Below the pieces are notes generated by a model. It saw only the letters and a list, made by a program, of their open reading frames with translations. It ran no database searches and had not been told where the DNA came from. Below, piece after piece: positions 37,951-49,957 of a stretch of 64,000 nt of DNA; the stretch's first letter is position 1, and each line of letters begins with the position of its first letter. The stretch lies in assembly GCF_006345805.1 (NCBI RefSeq), contig NC_042997.1, forward strand, positions 184,016,001 through 184,080,000. Reading direction: 5' to 3'. The DNA comes from Octopus sinensis. Taxonomy: Eukaryota. The translations under genes and the position numbers were made by a program.

Positions 37951-39679
37951 GAAATGGGCATGTTGGGCGGCAATCTGGTATCTTCACTGGTGTACATGGG
38001 GGCCATGGTATTGGTTCCCGAAAAGAAGGGGAAACTAGGCTACTGAGTTCTGTGATGCATGTAACCTTTTAATCTGCAACACTAACTTCAGGAAGCCAGG
38101 CAACCACTTGAAAACCTATCAATCAAGTGACTCTGCTGGCCAGATTGATTTCGTCCTCACCAGACAGTGGGACGCAGGGTTGCTCTTAAATACAAAGACC
38201 CTACCGGGTGAAGAATGTACTCACCAGCATAGACTAGTCATTAGTGATTTTAGATTCGAGGCCAGAAGGATCCCAAGAAGCAGACCAATCCAGAAAAGGA
38301 TTTGGAAGCTAAAGAACCCTTCACATGGTCAGAAATTTAGGGACATCCCCATTAAGAAATTTGAGAGGGAGGAGAGGCTACAGACCTCGGACATAGAGCG
38401 TAGCTGGAAATTCCTACGGGACAGTTTACTGAGTGCCACAGATCAAGTCTGTGGATGGTGCAAAGTCCCTTCCAGACCTAGAGTAACGTGGTGGTGGAAT
38501 AATATGGTAGACACAGCCATTAGAGCAAAGAAACAGGCCCGGAAAACCTGGAAGAGTTGGGGTAGCAGGAAACTGTACCAGAAAGCCAGAGGGGAGGCTG
38601 GGCGAAAGGTATACAAGGAAGAGGCAGAAAAGAAGTTTACCAATGTCCAGCAACGTGAGGACCAAAGAACTGAAATATTTCGGATTGCAAGACAGTGTGT
38701 GAGAGAAAATTGTGATGCCATAGGAGAGAAATGTGTCCGCATAGATGATGGTGCACTTGCTTTTAATGATTTGGAAAAGAAAGTGGCTTGGAGAAGCCAT
38801 TATGAAAGACTGCTGAACGTGGAAAATAAATGGGAGGAGGAGAGCCTGCTAAATGTTGACCCAGTAAAGGGACCAGTTATCCCTGGTAGATAAAGCAATT
38901 AAAGGTATGAAGCCAGGAAAAGCTCCCGGCCCATCAGGAATCACTGCTGAGATGCTTAAAACATCTGGTGGTGTGGATTATGGCCTAGTCACACGTATTG
39001 TAAACCAGGTAGTTCATGATGGAGTCATGCCCAATGACTGGCGTAGCAGCACCATAGTCAACTGCTACAAGGGTAAAGGTGATGCTTTAGACAGAAATAA
39101 CTACAGGGATATCAAACTGCTGGATCAGGTGATGAAGGTCATGGAGAGGGTCATAGTCCAACTAATTAGGGAGAGAGTCAGCTTAGATGAGATGCAGTTC
39201 GGTTTTGTGCCAGCTAGAAGCACCACTGATGCTATATTCCTGGTACGGCACTGCAGGAGAAATATCTAGCCAAAGATAAATCCCTATACTTGACTTTTGT
39301 GTACTTGGAGAAAACCTTTGACAGGGTCCCCTGATCCCTTATCTGGTGGGCGATGCGGAAACTGGGGATTGACGAATGGTTAATAAGGGCTGTACAAGCC
39401 TTATACAGAGATGTCGTTAGTAAGGTTAGGGTTGGTAATAAGTATAGTGAAGAATTCCGGGTAGAAGTAGGGGCCCACCAAGGATCAGCCCTCAGCCCCC
39501 TCTTATTCATCATAGTCCTCCAGCCAATAACAGAGGAATTCAAGATAGGTTGCCCCTGGGACATCCTCTATGCTGATGATCTGGCCCTCATAGCAGAATC
39601 ACCACCAGAACTAGAGAAGAAATTTTAGGTGTGGAAGCAAGGTTTAGAATCGAAGGGCCTCAGAGTCAATGTCGCAAAA
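37951..39679 (+). mobile_element. RTE-like LINE ORF2 fragment (APE C-half, linker, RT), frameshifted
   Basis: NGHVG...GVHGGHG; QIDFVLTR; KAPGPSG; QFGF; HQGSALSPLLF; YADDLALIAE; ends WKQGLESKGLRVNVAK. Same family as 16710-18197. Confidence 0.9.
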
Positions 39680-41935
39680 TCCTTCCATCTCCTGTTTATC
39701 ATGTAATGATAGTATGGAAAGAACACCCGCCAGTATCAGGTCCTTTGTTGGCTTGTACTTGATATTGTAGTCATACTTTAGGAGTCTTGGCAATAACCTT
39801 TGCAGTCTGACTGGTGATTTTGTGAGTTTTTTTTCTGTCTGTTTGCTCAAGAGAGCAATGATCTGACTCAATATTGAAGTGTCTGCCGTACAAATATGTA
39901 TGAAACTCTTCACAGCTATGGACTACCGCTAGGAGTTCCCTTTCTATGTTTGCATACCTTGTCTCTGTGGGTGAGAGAGCTTTCGAGGCATATGAAATAG
40001 GTCTACCTTCTTGTATCATTGTTGCACCAACCCCTTTCATAGAAGTATCGACTTGGAGTGTTACTGGTTTGCGTCTGTCATAGTACTGTAGAGTTGTCTC
40101 CTTGCTGATGAGCTTTTTAATTATGTTGAAATCCTGTGTGTGAAGCGCACCAATCAAACTCTAGCTCTCGGAGGTTTGCAGTGTGTTCGGCCAGCTTGGG
40201 TACGAAGGCTCCCATATAGTAGATAAATCCCAAGAAGCTTCTGAGTTCCTTCTTATCTTTCGGTTCTTTTGACGTGACTGATGGCTTCCACTTTTGCGGG
40301 ATCTGGTTTCACTCCCTCTGCAGAGTATATCATTCCAAAGAATTTGCACTCGTCTGCTTTGATCGCACATTTGTCTGCATTGAGCTTGATACCTGCTTGT
40401 CATGTTTTCTCCATAGCTTCATGTAGATTGTAGTTATGTGTGATCTAATCCTTGCTATACACTTAGATATCGACTACTATCCCGATTGCTCCCTTGCAGC
40501 CTTGGTAGGTCTCATTTACTTGGCGTTGGAAGACATCTAGGCTCACCTTTAACTCAAATGGGAATCGGTTGAATTTGTATCTACCTAATGGTGTGTTGAA
40601 GTTAGTGAGCATGGATAGTTCTCGATCTACCTTTATATTCCGGTGCTCATTTCTGGTATCCAGTTTGCTGAATATCTTAGATCCAGTTAATGATGGTGTG
40701 ATTTCTTCAATGGTTAGAATTGGGTAAGTAGTCGCGTTTTAATGCCTTGTTCAGATCCCCGGGGTCAAGGCATATTCGTAGGGTACTATTGGGTTTTCCC
40801 TTAATTGTGTTCACCCAGTCAGTTGGTTGTGTCACTTTGGTGATTATTTGTCTTTTTTTTTCCATTTTGTCTAACACCGCTTTCAGCGACACTCCCAATT
40901 CTAGCTTAACATGGTGAGGTCGGTGGACAACTGGCTTGACGTTGAGATCGACTGTTACATGATACCGATACTTCTCCGACTGTATCATCAAAACATTCCG
41001 GGTACATGCTCATTAGTTCGTCTTTATTTTTAATTGGTAGTCGGTCTTCCATAGGTATATCTCTGTCAATCCTGCATTCATTTCACTGTTGATTGTCGAG
41101 CTTCTGGCGGGTATTAAATCCGAGAATTGCAGGTCCTTCTGTTCTTGTAACATAAAAAGAACACTTGATTTTTTCCCCCTTTGTGCGTTCCTGTAGTGGT
41201 TGTTTTGCCCAGTTGTGGAATCCTGGTACCCCCATATGCAGTCAAGACTACATCACTTGGTGTGAGGATTCCTTCTTTGACCTTATCCTTTTGCGTCATG
41301 TGTTCTGGGAACATCTTTTTGTAGAAGTTGACAAGCAAGATATCGCTGTGGGCTCCAGTGTTGATCTTTAGCTTTGTTCGTTTCTTGTCTGACTTCTTTC
41401 GAATTTGTTTTGTTGTATATGCCTCATTTTTTTTTGGTTGTCATTTCCCATCTCGTATCTTTATTGTACCGACTGCCAAGAATTCTTCCTCTGAAGTGTT
41501 TTATTCCTGTTGAACATGTACATCTCTTTGTCTTTCCTTTCCTCTCCTCTTTGAAAGTTGAGACTTGTATTTGTGAGATTTTGTTAATCTACACATTTCT
41601 TTCCAGTGGTTGGGCTTTCCACATGCTTTGCAGTGTGTATCGAATGCAGGACATTTTCTCCGGTCATTGAACTCATGCTCATTGAATAGATCTAAATCTT
41701 GCTCTCCCGTCCATAAAAGGATGTAGTTTACTTATTCGTCGGCGGTTGTACCTTCCAGGAAGCTTTTGAAAGCCAATAGCTTTTTCTGTTTGAATTTCTT
41801 GACCGCTTCTACGACATCATTGGCGTCCCAGTTGTGTTCCTGTTGTATTGTAATGGCACGGTTTTCGATTAAGCACTCATCGCTGCCACCAGGTGTTGGG
41901 ACAACGAAACAGCTCATTGGAGGTGTAAATATGAT
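39680..41935 (-). mobile_element. Degenerate Ty3/Gypsy pol region (gag remnant, protease, RT, RNase H; no integrase or LTR seen)
   Basis: LKINTGA protease-like motif; LRICLDPGDLNKAL; LQVDTSMKGVGA; YASKALSPTETRYANIERELLA; many stops. Confidence 0.85.
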
Positions 41936-42882
41936 TTGGCCATGTTTATTTACTTAGCATGTTTATATATGTATACGAGGTCTGCTCAATAAGTACCCGG
42001 ACTGTTGCTATAGTAACGAAGCTAAAGCATGCTGAGAGAAACCGCTTGGCACAGATTGACTGTGAATTCTGTTGTGGATGCGCACTAAAGCAGTGCTTGA
42101 AAGGCTTTTAGCAGTATTAGAGGAGTTATATTTGCTTCGTTTACATGCATGCAGGGGCACGATCAATAATGTGTCGGGCCAAGGAATGGCTCGTTTGTAT
42201 CTAACAGGCACCCTCCTTAAAAGAAATCCTTCATATCTTCCTTGAGAGGCTTCCGCTTCCCGAAGACTTGAAAGTAATCTTGTTCTGCATTGCACAACTT
42301 CCCTCGGATCCCCTTCATGCATGCATACGTATATACATACATACAACCTCTACTATTAAGAACATGGTTGTATGTCAATATAAATAGTCAATAGCATGGC
42401 GAGTTGGCAGAGTCTTTATCACGTCGGGAAAAATGCTTAGCGGCATTTCGTCCGTCTTTACGCTCTGGGTTCAAACCTCTAAGTTATGGAGACGTTACTT
42501 TAAATGTGGTGCTGGACACACAGTTACCTTTTAAAGATGTGAATTGGTAACAGTTGCCTTTAAATATAAATAGTCATTGGGAACACGGGAAACGACTAAC
42601 GGTTTTGTATGTTGTTTAGAAACGTTGTATGTTCGATTCGAGTGTAGGACAAAACCCCCTCGTTTATATTTTTCGTCTTTTCCCCTTTTACTTGTTTCAG
42701 TCATTTGACTGTGGCCATTCTGGAGCACCGCCTTTTAGTCGAGCAAATCGACCCCAGGACTTATTCTTTTTAAGCCTAGTTCTTATTCTATCGGTCTCTC
42801 TTGCTGAACCGCTAAGTGACGGGGACGTAAACACACCAGCATAGGTTGTCAAGCGATGGTGGAACAAACACGGACACACAAC

Positions 42883-42940
<58 letters not shown>

Positions 42941-43771
42941 CCTGAGGCTATAATAGAAGACACTTGCCCAAGTGCCACGCAGTGGGACTGAACCTGGAAC
43001 AATGTGGTTGGTAAGCAAGCTACTTACCACACAGTCACAACGGCAATCGCGGTTGTGAAACAAACTTTTATTTTCCCATTTTTAAGCAAACCAAAATATA
43101 TTGAATCAAAAATAAATAAGTAGAATAAAATAACAGAACACAAGACTCTTTACTACTCAATGTACATAATGTCTGAATTCTAACAAAAGGGAAAGCATTT
43201 ACTTAAAAAAATATGTAGAAAGATAGAAACGATAAGAAGTACGTTTGAACGTCTAATTCTGTTAAACCTTCAATGGCTGGAGAAAGTTCAAAAGGTCAGC
43301 TCATTTTCATTCTCATTAATCGATAAATCCAGAGAGAAGAAAACAAACGACTTGAAATTTAGATTTTATAATGCTGATTTTTCTGTGACTAAAAATTCTT
43401 CAAGGCGGTGCTCCAGCACGACCGCAGTCTAATGACTGAAACAAGCAAGAAAAAAAAAAAACTTTCTGTGGTCGATACAATCGACTAAAAATTCAATTGC
43501 TACAGTCTAATGATTGAAACAAGTAAAAAAGGTAAAAAAAAAAGCAACAACCGAAAAATAACCAAAAAATATAACCAAGGGGATTTTGTTCGCTTTCACA
43601 CTTTAACTAAGGGGTTTTTGTCACAGGCGATTTTTGTCTGGATCCCGTTCGATTCATAGTTTCCAGTCCAAGGCTGTACAGGTCGTTTCTTTGCGAACTC
43701 ACCAGCTTGAAACAGATGCAGTGTTGTAGATGCAGTAATGATTGGTATAAATTATAAGAAATAAATAACCG

Positions 43772-44926
43772 GGATCTTTTCGGTTTGAACGGCAGTTTTA
43801 TAAAATAATTTCCACGTAACTAAAAAATTTTAAACTTAGTATACTGGTAGAATCTCTTATGATAAAAGGCAGATTTTCTCTGCCTGTTACCATGTTCGTT
43901 TTTAATACAATTCTACAATATAGAATTTCTTCAATTGGAATTTACCTATGATTTTTCGAAGTAGATTCGATTGGGTCATGGCATATACAGTTTTTTCAAT
44001 TTGACCCCCAATTAAGCAAAAATTCGAGATAAGTAAATATTTTACGATTTGCCTCTCTAATTTCAAGTGTTTCACTCCTGCTATTACCATACTTTCTCCT
44101 ACTTTCTCTTTGCAAGTGTACCTTAAACCACTACTAAAAAAAAAATTACAGCGCAAACAGAAACAAATAAATACATAACGATTTACTCCTCACACAATTT
44201 CCTCAATTGGAATTTACCTATGATTTTTCGAAGTACATTCCATTCGGTCATGGCATATAAATTTCTTTCAATTTGACCCCCAATTAAGCAAAAATTCGAG
44301 AAAACTCAATATTTTACGATTTCCCTCTCTCACTTCAAAGGCTTTACTCCGCCTATTGCCACACTTTCACCCACTTTCTCTTTACACACATAGACACGCA
44401 AACATATACATATATGACAGTGACAAATACAAACGTTTCAAACAACTACATACAAACACTCAAACACACACACACACACATGTGTGTGTTTGTTATTAGT
44501 AAAAAAGGCGCCAAACACAATTCACTTTCTCATTCGAACACATTTGCAAACACACAGCAACAATTCACTGACATATGGTGAGTAGATGCTAGTCGCTCAC
44601 ATTATGAGTTACACTATTACACCAATTGTACTGGGACTGTTGTCTACTTCCCGTTAGTTTTTAGTGTCCAGGAAACAAAACTTTCTCGAGAAATAACAAA
44701 AAAAAAAACACTCCTAGATTTCACAAAGGACTTTAAGAAACGATAGGAACTAAGTTCAGTTGAAGAAAACAGACGGATTTAAGGAAATCAGACGGTCGAA
44801 TTAGAATGATAACTCAACAGAAAAGGTAAATTAGTTTTTAATTTACTTTCTGTCGCTAAGTTTTTGTAGTATTAATTTGCGAGCGTACTTCAGTTGTCAA
44901 TGGTTGAAAGAAAATTGTAAGCTAAT

Positions 44927-44976
<50 letters not shown>

Positions 44977-45740
44977 GAAGTGAAGGATAAAAATATGGCA
45001 AGAAGTGGACAGATGTATATATATATATACATACATCCATACATACATACATTGTGTGTGTGTATGTATGTATGTGTATTATTGTGTGTGTGTTATCTCT
45101 CTCTATATAAAGCTGAAGTTGTCTATGTGCGCCAGGTTTGGTAGCCTTCAACTAACACTATCTCCTCCGAGACCCTGCGGCGCAAGTTGACCAAAATTGA
45201 GAGTATGATAGAAGGGTTGCTCTTCCTTCCGTAGAAGATAAAATTCAAATCGGACCATGTTAACACCAAAAATTATTTACATCAAAAAGGTGATTTTTTC
45301 TATGAAAATCCCTATTTTTTACGATTTTTTCACTGCTGTGTCGCCACTTTTCAAGGTGTAATTTCAACCACAAAACTGTTCACTTGAAGAGAATAACAAG
45401 CTACATAATGCAAAATTTTTACTTTTCAAAAATTCCAATTCCAGCGGGTCGAAACAAACCCGAGCAACGCTGCTAGTGTGTTTATAAAACATCTTTTTCT
45501 CTTGGCTTTATTGAGAAAATTCTATAGTTTGTAAGATATTTGTTGTTTTTTTTCTTAAATTTCTGCAATTTCAACCAATCAATGACGTCTATTGAGGTGA
45601 AAACATTCCGTGCCGTATGAATATGTTCCTCGTTTAAGAAACAGATTGAAATGCAATAGATCGACACTAGGGTCATAATTATGGGTGATAATTTCATATG
45701 ACACCGCTAGAAAATACTGCCGTTCAAACCGAAAAGATCC
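43772..45740 (+). mobile_element. Merlin-like MITE split by a Helitron insertion
   Basis: TIR GGATCTTTTCGGTTTGAACGGCAG at both ends; perfect 8-bp TSD AATAACCG at 43764-43771 and 45741-45748. Confidence 0.9.
43853..45476 (+). mobile_element. Composite Helitron (1,624 bp) containing a second Helitron 5' end at 45096
   Basis: A|TCTCTTATGATAAAAG ... CCCGAGCAACGCTG CTAG|T. The flanks rejoin to GGTAGAATGTGTTTATAAAAC, exactly as in the MITE copy at 14381-14400. Confidence 0.8.
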
Positions 45741-46025
45741 AATAACCGTTATAATGACCTTTATTTACCATTACAGTATAGAACTGCTTCGAGTTGGTTT
45801 TGTATAGAGGTTAGTTGAAATTCTGTTATCTTTCGTGAAGAATGTTGTGGTCAATTGTAGATTAATGCTATGTGATCCAAGAAAGGGAAGAGAAGATAGA
45901 GCAAGAGAATTTACCTCTCTAGATTGTCGAGTACAGAGAGTAAGATATATGTGGTACCTATGTGGCAGCCAAGAGTAAAGAGAGGGAGACCTCTCTCTGA
46001 CAGTGATCAGGAAACAAGACAGTGA

Positions 46026-46259
46026 AAAGGCGGCGAGCTGGCAGAACCGTTAGCACGCCGGGCGAAATGCGTAGCCGTATTTCGTCTGCCGTTACGTTCT
46101 GAGTTCAAATTCCGCCGAGGTCGACTTTGCCTTTCATCCTTTCGGGGGTTGATAAATTAAGTACCAGTTACGCACTGGGGTCGATGTAATCGGCTTAATC
46201 CATTTGTCTGTCCTTGTTTGTCCCCTTTATGTTTAGCCCCTTGTGGGTAATAAAGAAAC
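46026..46259 (+). mobile_element. SINE family B monomer with 16-bp TSD
   Basis: TSD GGAAACAAGACAGTGA at 46010-46025 and 46260-46275; tRNA-like head; CCTTTCATCCTTTCGGGGTCGATAAA core; tail TAGCCCCTTGTGGGTAATAAAGAAA. Confidence 0.92.
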
Positions 46260-47996
46260 GGAAACAAGACAGTGATGTACTTCTGCTAAATGAAGAATAA
46301 AAGAGAGGTATAGTCGAGTGAAAGAAAGGTATGTACCTCTTGCAAAGTGCCGAAAGAAAGAAAAAGTATCCTATTTGTTCTATATTTAATTTCCTAGCTA
46401 AAGAAGGGCAGGGGGACAAAAGATTTTTTTGTCGGTTATCTAGTCTGAACTGCTCTTGACCTGAGAAGTTGAAAGATGACTTGTAAATTTCGAAGTGCAT
46501 TTTAACGGAACAAAGGGAGAAAAAAAATCCAAGAACCAACCGTTTCACAACTTTTCTTTTACACGTTAAGCATTGATAAATATGGCAAAAGACCCTTGGG
46601 ACAAAGCCCCATATTTAAAGAGTGAAAGTGGACAATAGCCTGACGGTTATATTTTTCGGTTATTTAAAATCAAGGATTATTTTGTCTGCAAACTTCTTTG
46701 ACTACGTTGTATGACAGTATTACTGTCTTACATGCCGTGATGAGACCCCCTTCGGTCACGACACAGACCATGGGATTGCACCTAGAAAGTTACCCTCCCA
46801 GGCACAATTCCGGGCAAAGTTGTTTATGGAAGACCAGTATTCGTCCATGCATACTGGCATCCCCTCTCCACGCCACCAGTGTTATATCCAGGGGAAAGGC
46901 AAAGGCTGATACAGCTTGGCACCTGTGACATCACAACTCATTTCTACAGCTGAGTGAACTGGAGCAACGTGAAATAAAGTTTCTTGCTCAAGAACACAAC
47001 ACGCGCCCGGTCCGGGATTCGAGCTCACAACCTCACGATCGTAAGCTCGACGCTCTACCCACTGAGCCATGCGCCTTTACACATGCCGTGATACGATCTA
47101 CACATTCCACTAAAGTTAGTGCAGCATCTTTTTAATTGCCAAACAATAAGATTTCCTCTATTACTTCAGATTTATGTCACTAAGGTAAGCAATTTGTCAG
47201 GAAACACTACGTGATTATCTGACTTGGAAAGAATATTAACTATATCTTCCTCAAATCGTACCCTACTACTCATGATATAAATGTCTACTGGATAATGTAG
47301 CATGAGGGAAACTAGAGTGAAAAAAAAACCGGATAGTCGGGACGACTTATGTCAACTCGATCAGGGCTAATCTAGTTCTAATCTTCCCACCGACCCTATT
47401 ACTCTCATCGTTACGTGTTGCTACGTAACCGTACAAGAGAGCTTTGCCTACTGAACTATCACACTCTGTGTGGATGGCGATGCCGTGTTTTCAAATGAAA
47501 ATAATGTGTTTGTGTGCGTGAGAGAGAGAGAGACATAGGAAAAGAAGGAGAGTTCAGGTAACATGATACGATGTGAAGACTGTTATGTTGACGAAAACTG
47601 GCTTTAAAACATCTCAGCACGTTACTCATATACTTGAACAAAGATCAGATGTTAGATAAATTTCATTGTTGAAATTAGGTAGATAACTTTATAGATACTT
47701 TACAAATGACTTTGCCGAAAAAAATTTATATTGCTGAAATTGGATTACCTCACTGGGAGAAATTTTAAAATAAATAAAAACTAGAAATGACAGTTAAAAA
47801 GCTAAGTGTTAAAAAAGAAAAAAAAACCTGTTCGTAGATTTTGTTTCTTTTTGCTGACGATATTTTAGGAAGTAGTTACAAGATTGACCTTCTCTTTTTT
47901 TTTTTAAAGTATTTTTTTAGCAAGGCATCTGTCATGTTTTGTTGTCGTTGTTGTTGTTGGTGTGGTGTTTTAGCCATTTCACCGCAGACATAAAAA

Positions 47997-49891
47997 ATGA
48001 TGAACAGCCTTAATCGATTTTCGAACCTTATTGGACTCTCATCAGAGGCGTCCACATCATTCTCACAGTCTCCTAAGAAACCAGCAGCCAAAGTAACAAA
48101 TGCAGAAGAACGTTCGCACGGAAAATGCCAACGTGAAATTCGGTGAGATGAACGCTGCAACCACGTGCGTTAACAGCCCTGTCACCAACGCCACCACCAC
48201 CACTAACAACAGCAACCACGAGACAACAACTGCTACCACCACCACCTCCACCACCACCACCACCACTACCACGACCAACATAAATGATAAAAATAAAACT
48301 GAAACGAAAACTATTGACGAAAACAACAGCAACAACAAGAACAATAAAAATGAACTATCTAATAGTGAAGATGCTAATACAAAAAAGTCAACAACAGTAA
48401 ATTTCGCAGATATTCTTCGCCAGAAAAAGGAGATTGTTACATTCACAAATGAAGAGCTCATAGAAACAAGAGCTCTCTTTACAACCCGTGGACAAGATTT
48501 AGTCCTGCATACACCTCAACATATAAAACAAGAAATAGAAAATAAGACAATTGTATATAAAATTATTAGAAAAAAACAAAAAACCAAATGAACAGATTAC
48601 AAAAACTGATGTGGAGAAATGTTTAAAAAATATAATGAAAGAAAAAGAGTATATAAACTGGGGTCCACAGTTTAACACAGTAGTGGTCCGCTTCCCTAAC
48701 CAGGAAGTGGCAAAAGCTCACTCTACTGAGTCTCTGGGAAATGATGAAATCATCATGGTCCCTTATTATAAAAACCAGAGGGTGAGTAGAATTACTATCA
48801 GAAATGTACCCCCCGATATGCCGAACAAATGGATAACAGGGGCAATCTGTTACCACTTGAAAAAGATCAATATTCTAGAAACAGCCGTGTACCTAAACGA
48901 CAATTGGGGTGGAAAAACAGTAGTTGTGACCATCCAGATTGAGGGGGCCTCTATCGAGAGCCTACCCGACAAGATATACTTGGAGAATGGGCAATGCCTA
49001 TATGTTATGGCAGAAGGCAAAAAGCCTAGATGCTACAAATGTGGCAGCCCCGAACATTTGATTGCCAAGTGCGATCTGGTACAGAAAAAACAAGAAAGAA
49101 CAATTCAGAAAACAAATAAAATCCCTTTGTTGCCAACACCAACACCAACACACTCAATTATGGAACAACGCCAAGAAAAACAACAAACCCCAACAACATC
49201 ACCAAGAAAAACAGTACCAACACAATCACCGTTGACGTCACAACCAATTAAACTTGTTGAATCTTCAAAAAATCGACCCACACCCACACCCAGGACGACA
49301 ATTAAAAAGACAGAAAACACTGACGAGAAGACAAATGCTACCCCTAACACCACAACAACACAAACACCGCACAAAACATCAACAATTTATACAAGCATAC
49401 ATAGTGATCCTGTTCTTTTTCCTCTACCCCATACTGATACCTCGGACGACGAAAGTTCGACGGAATGGCAAATAGCCACAGGGGGTAAAAGAAAAAGATC
49501 CAAAAAATCCACCAAACAAGGAATTAAAGCAGGGAGATATCTCACTCAGGACAACATTCCCCTAGACAATCAAAAAAGTAATGAACCCGTAAAACCACAC
49601 ACACAACTAACTGCAATAGACACAGACAATAAAGAATTAATGGACTACATCAAATCTAACATGGTCGTCTGTGAAGATGATTTTAAGACAAACAATCATC
49701 CGCACACCACACCACCGAAACACATCAGAATTTTACACATAACACAAGCACAACACCACATACTGAAAACATTATTTCCGAATGCGGTAGGCGGGTATCA
49801 ACGATACCTGTCGAAAAAACTATACAAACACCTCATCAAAAACGATACAAAAGAAGAAGAAAAAAATGAAACTTTTAAAATGAGTAAGTGA
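47997..49891 (+). CDS. Tx1/L1-like LINE ORF1 (gag-like with CCHC knuckle), split by frameshifts near 48100-48140 and 48580
   Basis: ORFs 48100-48591 and 48551-49891; RRM-like ITIRNVPPDM region; zinc knuckle CYKCGSPEHLIAKC; T-rich low-complexity stretches. Confidence 0.8.
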
Positions 49892-49957
49892 CCTCACTTC
49901 TTGCCTCTTGTCTCTTCTAATATAGTGTGTAAAACACAATTTTCGTAATTGTCAAGT

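Noticed and set aside
43273-43294. ATGGCTGGAGAAAGTTCAAAAG|gtcagc as a first coding exon of a downstream gene
   Set aside because: The start context and donor are weak, and no downstream exon could be linked.
46026-46110. tRNA-like sequences with box A/B motifs (also 4848, 12200, 27930)
   Set aside because: They have no complete cloverleaf and continue into SINE bodies with TSDs, so they are SINE heads rather than tRNA genes.
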